A DNA stretch of 62,562 nucleotides, from assembly GCA_002633005.1 (NCBI GenBank), contig NMRA01000500.1, positions 1 through 62,562 of the forward strand, written 5' to 3'. This document shows positions 61,138 through 62,562 of this stretch, piece by piece; position 1 is the stretch's first letter; each line of letters begins with the position of its first letter. This DNA comes from Phoronis australis (taxonomy: Eukaryota; Animalia; Phoronida). A model generated the notes under the pieces. It worked only from the letters and a program-made list of their open reading frames with translations. It was not told where the DNA came from and ran no database searches. The translations under genes were made by a program, and so were the position numbers.

Positions 61138-61964
61138 GTAAGTAATATTGAACGGGGGGAGAGCAATCATGACTAATGAGGCTAGTGAAAAAGTGCACAT
61201 CATTGGAATCGTGTTTTGAAGAACACATTGACAGGGTGAGGTTTTGAGATATCTGGTACACATGCAGCCTTAGGGGCTCTTTTGAAATCCCATGTTGAGG
61301 TTCCAGCGATGCCCCTCCTTGGATTGAACGCCGCTTGGGTAGATTCATAGCAATTCATAGTAATTTGGAAGGTCATTTTTCTTTATTCTGTTATTTTCAT
61401 ACCATGTGTTTTGATATTAAACATGATTACATAATTTACGCAATTGGAAAATTTTGCATAGCATTATTGATTGAGCACAGGCCACCTTTCAGCTGATAAG
61501 GGACCATGTTAACTTTTGAGTACCTAGCTTATTGCTGCTAGAATATTTCATTAAGTCAAAGTATGCTCCTGTGGTACACAGTATGGTGATTGTTCATTTA
61601 TTTTGCATGAACATAATTGTCTAAATTGCCATTTCCCCATTTTTGAGGGGCAATTACCTTATGGCAAATAATGAAATTTTTGCCTAAAGAATTGTTTTAT
61701 TACATCTGCACAATACAAGCCAAGCTGTTAATAAATAAAATTTTCTTTATCTTAATTTGTTTACTAAAGTTCGCGAAAGAAATGACTAGTAAAATTTCAC
61801 TTGTCCACCATAGTTTGTGCAAAATAGGTGAAAATTGTTGCAAATCTTTTTACAAGCTGCTAGATCTGTTAATAACCCACATTTCAGTTGCATCGCTAAG
61901 TGACATCTTTAATTTAAACTCCTTACTCTTTAAAGTATGTAAGACAAAGTCAATTGTTCTTCAG

Positions 61965-62135
61965 TGGACTGTCCAGCTGGTGAGCAGGTGAACCCCAGTG
62001 ATCCGACCCAATGCATCAAGTGTAGTCAAGGCTTCTATCGGAACAAGACAGAGTCCTTCAGCTGTGAACCGTGTCCAACTAATCGCACAACACCACCGAA
62101 TGGTGGTTATGTGTCAAGTGAAGACTGCACATGGG
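61965..62135 (+). CDS. Exon 28 copy B (probable alternate haplotype)
   Basis: Appears identical to 55841-56011. Confidence 0.75.
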
Positions 62136-62338
62136 GTGAGCATACTGTCATCTGCTTTTTCAGCCTTTCCACTAGGCCACATGACATAAATTTTGACTTC
62201 TGAGTGGAATAAGAAATGTGAGTGTGAGTTTGGGTTGCTGTCTTTCATGTAATTCCTTGCTTATACCAGTTCTGTAGGATTGGTTGATGGTTATTTATCC
62301 CATCAGTTGCAAGAAATGGTGTTGGATAGATTTTAAAT

Positions 62339-62562
62339 GGGATGCAAATACAGCCTTTATGTGATGCCTGTATGGGATACAAATACATCCTTGATGTGAT
62401 GCCTGTATGGGATACAAATACATCCTTTATGTGATGCCTGTATGGGATACAAATACATCCTTTATGTGATGCCTGTATGGGATACAAATACATCCTTTAT
62501 GTGATGCCTGTATGGGATACAAATACATCCTTTATGTGATGCCTGTATGGGATACAAATACA
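62339..62562. repeat. 35-bp minisatellite (also 56215-56330)
   Basis: cctttatgtgatgcctgtatgggatacaaatacat. Confidence 0.93.

Larger units (their letters stand above)
1..62135 (+). other. Partial multi-exon gene: large extracellular EGF/LamG-pentraxin/HYR/CTLD/sushi/GCC2-GCC3-repeat protein (SVEP1/Uninflatable-like architecture); both ends outside the window
   Basis: 28 unique exons with AG/GT boundaries whose phases chain into one stop-free frame of about 4,417 nt; recognisable Cys patterns. Orthology cannot be assigned without a search. Confidence 0.9.
52047..62454. other. Assembly duplication: 52047-56330 versus 56332-62454
   Basis: N at 56331; the second copy is longer because of a TE insertion and a minisatellite expansion. 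Confidence 0.85.

Noticed and set aside
1-62135. Assigning a gene symbol (SVEP1, uif, SCUBE, Notch)
   Set aside because: Modules are shared but their order and number differ; orthology needs a search and phylogeny.

Overview
Eukaryotic genomic DNA, AT-rich and probably from an invertebrate bilaterian, from a draft assembly with six N-gaps and five single-N joins. The window lies inside one large + strand multi-exon gene whose start and stop are outside it. By hand I joined 28 unique GT-AG exons with consistent phases into a stop-free frame of about 4.4 kb (about 1,470 aa). It encodes an extracellular mosaic protein of the SVEP1/Uninflatable-like type: 7 EGF, LamG/pentraxin-like, HYR, degenerate C-type lectin, sushi/CCP, an Arg-rich linker with an RQKR furin-type site, then at least 10 Cys-rich GCC2/GCC3 (ephrin-receptor-like) repeats. 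Four segments occur twice across single-N joins and are most likely two haplotypes placed in tandem; this duplicates exons 9 (part), 20, 27 and 28. Introns hold Helentron/HINE-like elements carrying arrays of CTCF-like motifs, tRNA-derived SINEs, TA- and TTAA-flanked MITEs, Penelope-like relics and many minisatellites. I cannot show a new biological system. The best leads are the cationic module/furin site/glycosylated stalk design, the A/B alternating repeat exons, an amino-acid-divergent exon pair and the transposon-borne CTCF-like arrays. Domain and element names come from motif recognition by eye; no searches were run.
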